64,000 nt of DNA from Paraphysomonas bandaiensis (taxonomy: Eukaryota; Protista; Chrysophyceae): positions 186,001 through 250,000 of the forward strand of contig CBFFRP010000134.1 in assembly GCA_965644295.1 (NCBI GenBank), read 5' to 3'. The position numbers and the translations under genes were made by a program. Positions 37,809 through 49,478 of the stretch are shown here, piece by piece (position 1 is the first letter of the stretch; each line of letters starts with the position of its first letter). The notes beneath the pieces were generated by a model, which ran no database searches, was not told where the DNA came from, and was given only the letters and a program-made list of their open reading frames with translations.

Positions 37809-40590
37809 ATGAATACAGAGTATGAATCCTGTAGTTTCAAAGAGATATCGACTCCTAGTCATAGTGATGATAGCAGACAGAGTGGTACTGAGCAGGCATC
37901 TCACACTGTCACAGATGTAAATGTCAAGTTACTCAGTCAATTACATAATCCACAACTTAATAAATTATTATCAACATTGGCATCAAATGTTCCACTATGT
38001 AGAGCCGAGTATGTCAAAGAGAACCTCATGACTCGGCTAGTGTCGACAGCTCGGACTCCAACAGTACGTGCTGATATGATGATATCGTGAACATATATTC
38101 CATTAATTATGTCAATAGGATAGAACTGAGGTTGAACATTCTGGATCTAAAGGAAGCCCAGAAAGCGGTACGGGTTTATCTGGTGGTACACGTAAGACAT
38201 CCAGGAAACAAGACCTCATTTGCACCACTACTATTCCTGAGCACGATCCTGCGTCATCAAGTGTCCCATCCGAGCCAAGTCCACGATTGTCTAGCTGTCT
38301 CGCGAGTTTACTCAGCCCATCTAACTTTAATTCGCCCAAACGACAGCGGGTTTTTACGTTTGACCCTCATGATATTGATGCCTCCTGTCGGGTGAACGAA
38401 AGTCCCCGTGATGCTGTAGTTGGTGCCTCCGTTACCCCTAGAACACCCACTGCTGGCGGCCTGGAGGAGCTTGATGCAGATATGTATGCAGAACTTATGG
38501 AAGCGGCTAGAGAGGCAGGTTTTTTTGCAGAGACTCCAAGAAACGTACGTCGGGATGGGGGCAGTCAGGTCCCTTTAACTCCTGGGATAAGACATGTCGC
38601 TGAGTCATCGGAACAAACCACATGCGAAACATCGCAGCCTATATATGTCAATGCCTGCATTCCTACATCTCCTGGAAGTGCCCCACCTCCTGTTGTTCCC
38701 ACAATACGTGACCTTGATAGTGTATTAAAGAGGAATCGCATTAGCAGTACTTCGATACGCCCACCGTTTTCCTTATCTGCTCCTCCTCCCCCTGTTCCAC
38801 CGTCCGCTCCAGCCCCGCCCTCTGCTCCGATGAATGAAGATGAATGGAACGCAACACCAGAAGCACCTTCTTCTGCTGCTATTGTGCACGACTGCTGTGG
38901 AGTACTGGACTGTGGGGGAGATGTTACTCGAACTGTTCAGCCTCTTCCCAGCATTCCCGCCGCACTGCGATCTCGCCCTCTAATGACATGCCCGTCATCA
39001 CCCGTTCACTTTGCTCATGTAAATAGTGCTTCCGCCCAACAGCGGAAAGATATTGATCAACTTCCAGTCAGTGAAGAAGGTGGGCTGCCTGAATATTTTT
39101 AGTTAGAATTACATGTCGTATAGTAGGCAGTGATACGGCTTCCAACGATGGCAATGTGGTCAAGGCCACTGACGAAGCTGAGAAGTCCCTTGTTGTACTT
39201 TGCAAAGTTTTTGTACATCACTACAAAAGTAAATTTCCTTTAGATAGCAATAATACGGTATCAAGGTAGTAAATATATATAATGTGGCAATATTTTAACG
39301 ATTATCTCAGTGCAGAACAGGGGGAATCGGGGCCATGTACTCCCAGCGAAGAGGATAGAACTATCAACGTACCAATAGAGTGTAAGAAGTTCGCAGTGTC
39401 AATTAGACGACTTCAAAATCTCTTGAGACTCTTGGAATGTGTTGGAGTGGTGCGTAAACTATATTTTATTAAATCTTATGGATTTAACGTTTGGGCAGGT
39501 CGCTCGTATCACTCCGAGAAGATTCACGTGGATGGGGTTTGAACATATCGCATCTCAATTTGGTGACCTACAGGTAAGAATAGCTATATGCCGTTGGAAG
39601 AGTTTTAATGAGTTGTGATTTATTTAGGATGACGCTATATCAATTTTTCCTCAGCGCGCGGCCAATATGGGTTTTTCAAATGTTCCTAGCGCTACCTCGC
39701 AGACATCTAATAGTTATGAGACGAACAAAGTGGCCCCGTCGGATTCAACAGAAGATGTTATAGCGGATTCATACTCCACTAGAACATCGTCATATTCGGG
39801 AACATTATTTCGTAACAATTCGCCTGCCCTGGTTCCTGTTTCTGAATATTCAACGGGATATTTACAGATCGCCGCCGCACCTCGACCCCCCCCTCCAGTA
39901 CTTCTACCGCGTAGTACCATGCCCGATGAGAAGTACCCTTTAGAGCAAGTTTGTCGAAATTTTATTCAGTTATTTTTATTAGGGGTGAGTAGCTCATTTC
40001 TTTAATATATATAAATTTGAAGTTGTATATAGGAAAATAGACTTCGTGTGCAGGCTGCAAAAGATATTTTGCGGTCCTCACGAGTTGATAACGAGAGTAT
40101 TGGTCCGGATCGACTCAGGCGGACAAGTAGCACTAGCAGCAGCAATGAGGATGCTAAGAACAAGGTTGTGGACATATTTTTTACATTTTCGGTTAGTATT
40201 AACACCCTCAATAGGAATCATCACTTTCTAGAAGGCTTCATGATGCTGCTAGCGTCCTGTGTGCCTTGGGTATATTAGAAAGAGTGGTAGAGGTGAAATT
40301 GTGTTAATCTATTTTATCTCTTCTGCTTATTTTGTTGATAGAAAACGACACAAGGTCGACGTACCGTGTTCTATAGCTGGAATTACACGGATCCTATTAA
40401 AATACGAGAGGTCTACATTGCTTCCCCAGCGTATGCAGAGAAAAGGCAGCGTGTAATATCAGCGCAGCAGAAACCTATGAATAGGCTCCTATTGTCCACG
40501 TAAGTATTAGTTATTACACCTTATGTTCTGTGTCGTAATGGGTGCTGCAGGACTTGTATAAAGAAGCGCAAACATGAGGAACAGATATGA
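37809..40590 (+). CDS. Atypical E2F (E2F7/8 or DEL-like) transcription factor with two divergent winged-helix domains, multi-exon
   Basis: DBD1: KSLVVLCKVF...IRRLQNLLRLLECVGVVARITPRRFTWMGF. DBD2: PLEQVCRNFIQLFL...RRLHDAASVLCALGILE...FYSW. The N-terminal half is Pro/Ser-rich and the protein ends KKRKHEEQI*. Confidence 0.75.
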
Positions 40591-40763
40591 TAAATGTGGT
40601 TATCATATATCGTTGGTGTATAAAATGAATGTTTCATACGTATTATGCTATTTAATTTTTTACGTATAAGTAATGTTATGAAATTTTAACGTTCAGCTAG
40701 ACGTGTAATAGAAGAGCAAAATCAGTTATCAGATATGAATAATAAAGTAGGAATGCTAGATAC

Positions 40764-41901
40764 CAGGGCTTCGTATCAATTAATTGTCAATTAATTGACG
40801 CAGGTTGTAGTCAATAATAATTGCAATTATTATTACTTGCTGTCTCAATTTCAACTATTGCATTCCAGAGGCAACAATTCATGCGTAGAAACATAATTAG
40901 CACTAAATGTTGAGGAGTCAAGCTCTTGCGCAAGCCCGTTATAACAATCGTAGCTCTACTGAACAACCTCTCAACCTTATTGGTTGTGCTATGCAAGTGT
41001 TTCACCCGTAACGAGTTAGCTGGTTAAGTCTTGCTCGCTTCCGCTGCCTGCTACCATCAAACAAAAGTTGCGCTGCGTCGTCATCCGGAGCTAGACTCGC
41101 ACCGTCATAATCTTCTTCTTCCTCATCGAACAAATATATTTTAGTTTGATCCTTTGCCGTCCGAGTTTCGGCTTCGTTGCCACATTGAATCTCCACGACT
41201 GCCTTTTCGAAAGCAGCGTTATGAATAATAGCAGCACTGTCGCCCAGATGACGCTCAACAATCGGGTGAATTATGAAGGGTTCGTCAATCAATGTACTAA
41301 CGTCGTGGAGGTCAAGCTGGTGTTAACCTTACTTCTGTAATTGTACTACACTTATTTATATAATACAGGACATAATATACATATAATGTATAATGTATAC
41401 TCTGTATATAGGTGGAAGGTGGACAGTTCTACAATTAGACTTTTAACACGTCGGAACCAAACTCGAATGGTCGCATATGATTAGATAGAAGCAAGTAGCG
41501 ATCAATCACGGAAAATGTGGAGCCCCTTTTTCTGCAGGACAAGTTAAATCTCTATCGCAGCCTCTTCGTTATTATTATCATCATTTACTTTCTCAAGTAG
41601 CACTCGTGCAATGACTTCTGGTGCCAATTTGTCGCTCCTAACCCTAATTAATTAAATGAATTACTATGTGAGATAATCCTATGGATATTATAGTCTTCCA
41701 CCAATCTTCGAATTTTATCCTAAAAATTGGATTTTTTACTAAAAATGCCGTTTTTAACAACTTTTCAGCATAAAAAGGTGGGTTTTTAAATATCAATTAA
41801 TTGAAGCTAGCTGGAATCGATTATAATTGAAATTATGATTTGATGTCCCAATTTCAATTATTGCAATGATTTGAAAATCAATGAATTGATACGCAGCCCT
41901 G
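40764..41901 (-). mobile_element. Non-autonomous hAT element, family B
   Basis: TIR CAGGGCTTCGTATCAATT...AATTGATACGCAGCCCTG and 8-bp TSD CTAGATAC. Dimerisation-domain remnant TTNKVERLFSRA...IMFLRMN..LW. Confidence 0.92.
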
Positions 41902-42012
41902 CTAGATACTAGTTATTCTTTATTCTTCCATTCCAAATGAGTATCGATACTGCGAAAATAAGCGCAAGTAGTAGTTAAAATGAGCTGCAACTGCTTAACA
42001 CGATATAGATAA

Positions 42013-42864
42013 TTATTTAGTAATATGATCAATCTGCTGACTAGGAAGCTTAAAACTTGGAGGTTTGGGCATCGGAGGGATCCGAAGCGCCTTCATAACC
42101 ACAGGATGTTTCAGCAAAATGTTTTGCGATATGGCATAAAGACTCGACGGTATCCAGTAACAGAAAACCCCACACGGCAGAGTGGTGGTCATCGGAAGGG
42201 CTACCAGGACACAGCACTGGAGAAAGTCTTTTATCATGGGCATATACACTCCAGCCCCACCTCGGAATGCCAACTCGAGAGCAGTATACGACACAGCCAT
42301 GCCTGCCACAGGTAGTATGAATGTCGGATCGGAGACACTCAAATCCTCAAACCATAACATTCCGCCAATACAAAGATCTCCTGTCTCATCGTGCGCAATC
42401 ATATCCCGAACAGAGAGCACAAAAGACAAGAATACTGAAATGTTAATGATAGGATACATTATCATTGGTGTAATCGACGCATCGTGTATTACTAAACTAG
42501 CAAGAAATCCTTTTTTAAATGATCTTATTGCTTGTTTCTTTTGTTCATAAGTATTCGCTGATTTTGGTGAAAGATTTTGCATCAATAACTTATAAAGTGT
42601 CGCAATTTCAGGCATTGCAGTCGAAATTTTTTGAGATGCAATAATTTGTAATCGAACTAATGGTAATAATGAGGTTCTAACAAGTACAGTTGATAAAGCT
42701 AATGTTGCCCACATTGGAAGGTCTGTAAGTGCTTGAAATTGAGTGAGTCCACTCTGTATAACTGAAAATATTCGTCTGTTTTGATGAGTTAATAATGTCT
42801 TAACAGGGACAGTATTGAGTCTACCAGAGCGGGTTAGAGATAACATGCGAGATGAGGATAACAT
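42013..42864 (-). CDS. Mitochondrial Oxa1/YidC-family insertase (Cox18-like)
   Basis: Presequence-like N-terminus, LPMWATLALSTVLVRTSLLPL, GGMLWFEDLSVSDPTFILP and LPCGVFCYWIPSS. Confidence 0.88.
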   Translation of the reverse strand: MLSSSRMLSLTRSGRLNTVPVKTLLTHQNRRIFSVIQSGLTQFQALTDLPMWATLALSTVLVRTSLLPLVRLQIIASQKISTAMPEIATLYKLLMQNLSPKSANTYEQKKQAIRSFKKGFLASLVIHDASITPMIMYPIINISVFLSFVLSVRDMIAHDETGDLCIGGMLWFEDLSVSDPTFILPVAGMAVSYTALELAFRGGAGVYMPMIKDFLQCCVLVALPMTTTLPCGVFCYWIPSSLYAISQNILLKHPVVMKALRIPPMPKPPSFKLPSQQIDHITK

Positions 42865-44479
42865 TGTAAGGAAAAATGGAGTATGATGATGTATAATGGG
42901 CTGTGGATGAGTGTATATATATATGAGAGTTAAGTGCTATGGATGCATAGTGTATGATAGTATAGAGGGGGAATACGTGCATTGCATGTGGACGGCTGGG
43001 ATAACACCATTGAGGGTATGTACTTATCTATTCTTGTACTTAAGTACAATAGAGGGAGACATTTACTTGGATGACTGGGATAGAGGGAATGTACTTATCT
43101 ATATTTGTACTTAAGTACAATAGAGGGATACGTCGAGTGGAAGGCATGTTGTCGTACTAACACATATGTACTGCTGTACGTATCTGTCGCTGTATAGTAT
43201 ACACACTGTACGTACAATCCACGTACAAGTGTACGGTATCTAGATATGGATGATATCCTCATAGAAACAACACTCCACACTCCACTCTACCCACACTCAT
43301 CTTCTACCAACCAAACCAATATATATACAAATGGTGGCATGTCCACAAGTCCTGCGTTTCCCTGGGTAACGTGCCAGCAGAGGGAGGTGATTAATGGATG
43401 CAATGGTCATTATTGTGACGATTAGATATTCATTTATGTTGAATACTTGCAACTATGCTCAAATTGGTTGACTTGGCTTTTAATCCAGCATGAATCAGCT
43501 TTTCCAAATTAGCCGTACATGTGGACATTGTACTGGCCAGGTATTTGTATGGACATATATTAGTGAATGTATGACAGGGTGGCTTCAAACTTGGGTCCAG
43601 CCTGTACCCCATCGCCCCGCCTCCGATGTGGCGTTCGCTGTAGCCTGATAGATTGCTCGAGGCGGCTTGTACATGGCGTACTACATGTTTTTTGGTGGAA
43701 CTATTCGATTAGGGTTATCAGTACCTATGGGATTAAATAACTATGGTGCACACATGGAAGGAACATGGTCGGGCCTGTGTCGCCAATGACACTGAATAAT
43801 GTTGAGCACAAAGGATTTGTTCACTCTGTGAGATTAAAGGGTGAGAGTTCGTTGGCAATAACAAACTTAACATCTCGACAATGATAGTCGTGATAATAGA
43901 ATCAGCATATATTCAACAACTTCGATATTCAAGTTTAGTAGCGTTAAGAATTAAGAACGTTGCTCATCCCTTGGGGGGCACTATTTGTCGCCATATACCA
44001 ATTACCAATTAATTGTTGCCTGAGCCTGATCATAGATCTATATCGTAGCTACTGCCCATCTGTTCATCACTTTTATGAAACCTTAGATGGTGTACGATCT
44101 TAACATTACATATATTTCACGTGCACTACTATTATTCTATTACTTCGCTCACTAATTTAAATCTTGCTGTTTTAAACTACTGTATTCAAGCTACGTTCAT
44201 AATTCAGAAACCTTAACAGTCAACTGCTTACAAAGAAGCAAAACTCAACAGTCTGAAACAAGGAATTTAGAGTAGTTATAAGATGTTTACAGTGACCACT
44301 GCTACTGTTTCATCTACATATCTTTGTACCTAGGTACCTAGATATTAGATATATCAACTGGCTGCATAGTAATCCTCGGAAGAAGATATAATATCGAATG
44401 CAATGTGAGGTTGTTTTGAGATTTAAAGTAACTTCTTATTACACCCATTGAAGGGAGAAAGACAGTGGTTTAGTAGTAA

Positions 44480-45523
44480 TCAAAGTTTATCAATTGAGTA
44501 CATGGATCTACTGTTAAAGCCGTTCTCCAACAGCGATGAGACCGTATCTCTGACCATCTCGTCCACAGAACGATAGTTGATACCAAGCAAATTTGTGCTG
44601 GGTGACACATCAAACAGCAGTGGGTTTGGTGGTGCTTGTCCCATGACAGGAGGAGGAAGAGTATCATTCAAGGTAGTAGGGACGTTTCCTTTCATATTAT
44701 CAGGTAGTGCATTCCGGACTGACTCGGCGATATCTTTTTGATGAGGAGTTGCAGAGATAAGCAAAAATCGTCGACCCCAGGCTTCATCTCGTTCGAGAGC
44801 AGCAATATGAGCTTCTGCAACATCTCTGACATCAACAATTGCTTTACAGGCATTTTCTATTTCCGCCATACTTCCGTCTAGATATCCGACTATAGCAGCC
44901 GCAGAGGTGTTGAGGTGAGGTTGTCCAGGGAGTTGTGGGCCCAAAATAAGAGTTGGGTTCATAACCGACAGTTGGTACGGACATCCAGGCTCCTTGCTCA
45001 TCGACCAAGCAAGTTTCTCAGCGAGAGTTTTCGACAGCGAATACCAGTTAGATTTCTCCCGCAGTACATCTTCTGGGGACCAATCCTTGTCGGTGTACAC
45101 ATGATCCGCAGATCTGGTGCCATAATCAACATAAACACATGCCGTAGATGCAGTCAATACAACTTTTTTGACACCTAGTTTTGCACAAGAAGAAAGAACA
45201 TTCCGTGTACCTTCTACAGCAGGTCGTACAAGACTCTCTTCAGATCCACCTGCAAAATAAAATGGAGATGCAGTATGTAACACACATTCACAGCCTGTCA
45301 TAGCCTCTTCAAAAGCACCAGGCGATAATAGATCAACTCCAACGAATATATTAAGACGCTCTGCAGCACCTGATAATGTACGTAAGAATTGTGCTTTCTC
45401 TGCTGATCGGACTGTTGTATGGACTGTATAGCCTCTGTCTAGTAACAGCTTTACACACCATGAACCAAGAAAACCAGAGCCACCAGTGACTAGAATAGGA
45501 GAGGAGGTTATTTGTGATGACAT
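44480..45523 (-). CDS. NAD(P)-dependent extended-SDR reductase, cinnamoyl-CoA reductase/dihydroflavonol reductase-like; intronless
   Basis: ILVTGGSGFLGSW, VLHTASPF, PAVEGTRNVL, WYSLSKTLAE (YxxxK) and VDVRDVAEAH. Confidence 0.92.
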   Translation of the reverse strand: MSSQITSSPILVTGGSGFLGSWCVKLLLDRGYTVHTTVRSAEKAQFLRTLSGAAERLNIFVGVDLLSPGAFEEAMTGCECVLHTASPFYFAGGSEESLVRPAVEGTRNVLSSCAKLGVKKVVLTASTACVYVDYGTRSADHVYTDKDWSPEDVLREKSNWYSLSKTLAEKLAWSMSKEPGCPYQLSVMNPTLILGPQLPGQPHLNTSAAAIVGYLDGSMAEIENACKAIVDVRDVAEAHIAALERDEAWGRRFLLISATPHQKDIAESVRNALPDNMKGNVPTTLNDTLPPPVMGQAPPNPLLFDVSPSTNLLGINYRSVDEMVRDTVSSLLENGFNSRSMYSIDKL

Positions 45524-45592
45524 TGCAGAGAGATGGGCTGATATGAGTGTTATGGAGAATGAATGCGATGATTCTTATGCTATGATGCTATG

Positions 45593-45972
45593 ATACATAC
45601 ATACATACATACATACATACATACATACATACATACATACATACATACATACATACATACATACATACATACATACATACATACATACATACATACATAC
45701 ATACATACATACATACATACATACATACATACATACATACATACATACATACATACATACATACATACATACATACATACATACATACATACATACATAC
45801 ATACATACATACATACATACATACATACATACATACATACATACATACATACATACATACATACATACATACATGCATACATACATACATACATACATAC
45901 ATACATACATACATACATACATACATACATACATACATACATACATACATACATACATACATACATACATAC
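45593..45972. repeat. (CATA)n microsatellite between the divergent reductase and WD40 genes
   Basis: About 380 bp of CATA with one substitution. Confidence 0.99.
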
Positions 45973-46153
45973 TGTACATATATGCATGTATTTTCCAGTT
46001 TTGTTACGGAAAATCCCTTGTTTTAACATAACTCTAGCCTAGTTTTACTCCTCACTAAATCAATGCATATGCAGCATATCAATCACTTAACACACCTCCA
46101 ATCCCATCTTACAGTCTCAGACACAATCCTGAGATATCCCTATAATATCGAGC

Positions 46154-47516
46154 ATGTTTACTCGTACACATAATATTAATTATCATACAAAATCTGTAAC
46201 AGCTCTGAAGTATTCATCTGATGGGTGTCTATTAGCATCTGCATGTGAGTGTTATTGCCATACAGTCCATACTATACTTAATATATATATATATAGCTGC
46301 GGATCAGACATGCGGTATATGTGATGTAAATAATGGCAAGAAGGTAGCAACACTTAATGGAAGGCATACAGAGGGTTTGAATGATGTCGAGTGGCTATCT
46401 AATCGCTATATAGCGACAGCTTCAGATGATAAGAATATCATTGTTTGGGATATTGAGAAAGTAAATTCTTTAGATATCTTAGTTTGTTTTTGACATTCTG
46501 TAGGGGGCGGCTATATCTACGTTATCAGGCCACCAGAACTTTGTGACTTCTCTTTCGAGTCATCCATCTCAGAGTTTGCTGTTGTCTGGGTCGGAAGATG
46601 AGACTATTCGTGTGTGGGACATAAGATCTACTGGTAGCTGTGTATGCACAGTTCCTGCTCACTCTGAGCCGGTGACCTCCGTGCAATTTCATCCATCTGG
46701 TATGTGTACCGGTACCAGATGTTAAGTACTTAGATTGTTTGTGTGCAGGCTGGGACATGCTCAGCTCCAGCTACGATGGACTTCTCAGAGTATGGGATGC
46801 GCGAAACGGTGCTTGCCGGAGAACAATACAGCACGAAAATCAGACCCCTATGTGCGTACATCATACTATAATTCGATTTTCTTTGGTCACATTGTATTAG
46901 TGCCCACGCGACGTACTCTCCCAACGGCCGCTACATCCTGACGAATGCCTTAGACAGTACTTTGCGACTAATTCGACCACTAGCAGGCGAGTCAGGACCG
47001 AAAGAAGGTCCCCGGGGTACTTATCGGTGTGCCGTTGGAAGAACCTCGGAGATGAAACGGTTCACTGGACATGTCAGTACTCGTTTCGCTTCTCCGTCGC
47101 TGTTCATACCAGGCTCTAATGGAACTCTGGATGAGAACGATAGAGAAGGACAGATAGCTTCAATAGAAGACAGCCAGGAGCCACAGAGTAAAAAGAAACA
47201 AAAAGGACGTAGTAATCTAGGAGATAGAGACCTAGTTGTAAGCGGTTCGGAAGACGGCGGGGTTAGTTGTGTATCGTAATACCGATTTCGTGTGACATAT
47301 ATGTACTTGTAGATATATATGTGGGACCTGAACACACAGAAGGTAGAGGCCGTTTTAGAAGAGCACCAGGGTAAGTTAAATCATACCTCCGTAAAGTTTT
47401 TCATGGTAAAATTAGGTCATATCCTTGCTTTGGATTATAATCCGGCTCAAAAAATGCTTGCATCTGGTGGTGGTGGACAAGATTTCAGCTTCAACATATG
47501 GGCCCACTATTCTTAG
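46154..47516 (+). CDS. WD40-repeat protein, WDR5/Swd3-like, multi-exon
   Basis: HTKSVTALKYSSDG, HTEGLNDVEW..ATASDDKNIIVWD, SGSEDETIRVWD, AHSEPVTSVQF, SSSYDGLLRVWD, YSPNGRYIL and VSGSEDG. Confidence 0.82.
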
Positions 47517-48112
47517 TATATTTAACTTGTTCGTATGTGTTCGCGTATAAAAAGTGTGCTGGTGTGTTTACTGCAAGATTTTTTACTCTTCTAAATTATG
47601 GCTTTATACTTTATAGAGATACCTGTCAATGAATTTGTAAGAACTATTGTAGTGATCGAAATCTATTTTATTAGACTGTATTTTAGATCTACACAGTAGA
47701 AATCACCGCTTTACTCAGCTACTAGTACATTTATAGTATAACTAGTACTGTAGCGAGAAGCGATAAATATAAATACAACGAGCCTATAGTGAAGGTATTA
47801 CGGCTACGACAGCTAAATTGTAATATTGTCGTAGTCATTTTTTTGAGTTCATAGAGGCCTGAGATTAATATTTACAAATACAAAAAATAACCTAAAGGTG
47901 TCTATGAAGTCTATATCTGTTAAAGTAAATACTAAATAAAGATTGAATATACCCCTAAAATTTAGAGGAAGTTAGCGCTATGTCAGCATTCAGTATTCTA
48001 ATATAGAAACGTTTATTATAAATCTACATCTAGTTAATAGATATCCCAAATATATGATGTGCTATACATAGCAACCACATAGTCGTCTTGTGTAATAGGT
48101 CTATTATAAATC

Positions 48113-48675
48113 CCTAGAAAGCCTCATTCACAAAAGTTGGTATGTGGACTCCCTCGCATGGAGCTATGCTTACAAAACTTTCCTCTGCAGATAATCGCGG
48201 GCACTATTACACAAAATTACGACATCGAAACGTGAGCACTTCTCATCATTGAATACAAAATAACGTTGAACAATAACACAGTAGATGTTTTTCGAGTTAT
48301 TTTCCCAGACCTTATTGTTTCCAGACGATCCATATCCGACTGTCATGGGCTGAAGTCCGTAGTAGGAGCGTAGCCTTGTATCAATATCTTGCTTGGACTG
48401 ATATTGTCAATACAATATATTATTCAAACCACTCTAGTTATGGAATAATGAGTTCATAGCAGTAAAGCTATACCAACGCAACATTCAGCAATTATAAATA
48501 AAGGGGATAGAAGAAAGGAAACATATGCATGAGGACTCCACTGTCTAACAAGTGAATCTGCAGACCCATGCGGTCTCAACACACAATATTCGTGACTATA
48601 AAAAGTTTCCCTTCTTAAAAGTCATGAAACTTTTGTTTATAACTGTTCGAGGTGCTGGGACAACACCCGCCATTG
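48113..48675 (-). CDS. Possible small multi-exon gene of unknown function
   Basis: AG/GT-bounded open segments on the minus strand, e.g. SKQDIDTRLRSYYGLQPMTVGYGSSGNNK and CPRLSAEESFVSIAPCEGVHIPTFVNEAF*. No recognisable homology. Confidence 0.3.
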
Positions 48676-49478
48676 TCCCCCTCGCTAGCTATACATAGTC
48701 ATTGTCCTGTCATGCTCCAACATGACCACATGGAATTAAGGTGATGTTTCATCTACTATCAATGCATCTCTACTCTCTATCATGCCTGAATAGTCGATAA
48801 TGGACACTATATATTACCACTTAAAGATATTCTTGATGATATTAACGTAAATTCCTATATGTTATTTCATGCGCTGCTGTGTTTTTTTTGAAGACAGAGC
48901 AGACCTGGTCGGTAATAATGACCGCTCAGGGTCTCAGGTCTTGCGGTTATATATAGAAATCATCGGATAAGCTCGAAATTTACCCTAAAATTGTGTGTTT
49001 TAGGGGTAATTTTTTCCATTATTACCCAGAATTAATAATATACCAGAGTGTTTGCGATATCAAATATAGTACTTTTGTATTTTTGGATGAATGAACCTAA
49101 AAAAAAACATGATAATACAAGGGGTGGTCGTCTATATCGATTTCATCAATATTTAATTTTCATTGAAAAGTCATTGTTTTTCAGTGAAAAGTGAAAAAAG
49201 TGACTTTTTAATGAAATAAAGGATGACTTTTCAATGATAAACACCCCCAGAGAAATAAAAGCCTCAGAGAGGTGTATGTACAGTATGTACAAGATGAGTA
49301 TGATGTTTGGCTGATGCAGAATTGATAATGAAGTGCTTAATGTGTATCTTGTAGAGTCATTCACTTCACTCATACAATCAGAATATATTTAGATACATAC
49401 ACACACATCTATCTGCATATACATATACACTCATACACACACATCTATCTGCATATACATATACACACTCATATCATA

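Noticed and set aside
43320-43950. Possible small plus-strand gene divergent from Oxa1/Cox18 (faint selenoprotein T-like impression)
   Set aside because: I could not assemble a consistent spliced ORF with plausible introns or a CxxU motif.
44480-45523. Horizontal transfer of the intronless reductase
   Set aside because: The family is widespread in eukaryotes and other host genes here also have long intron-free exons. There is no evidence without a phylogeny.
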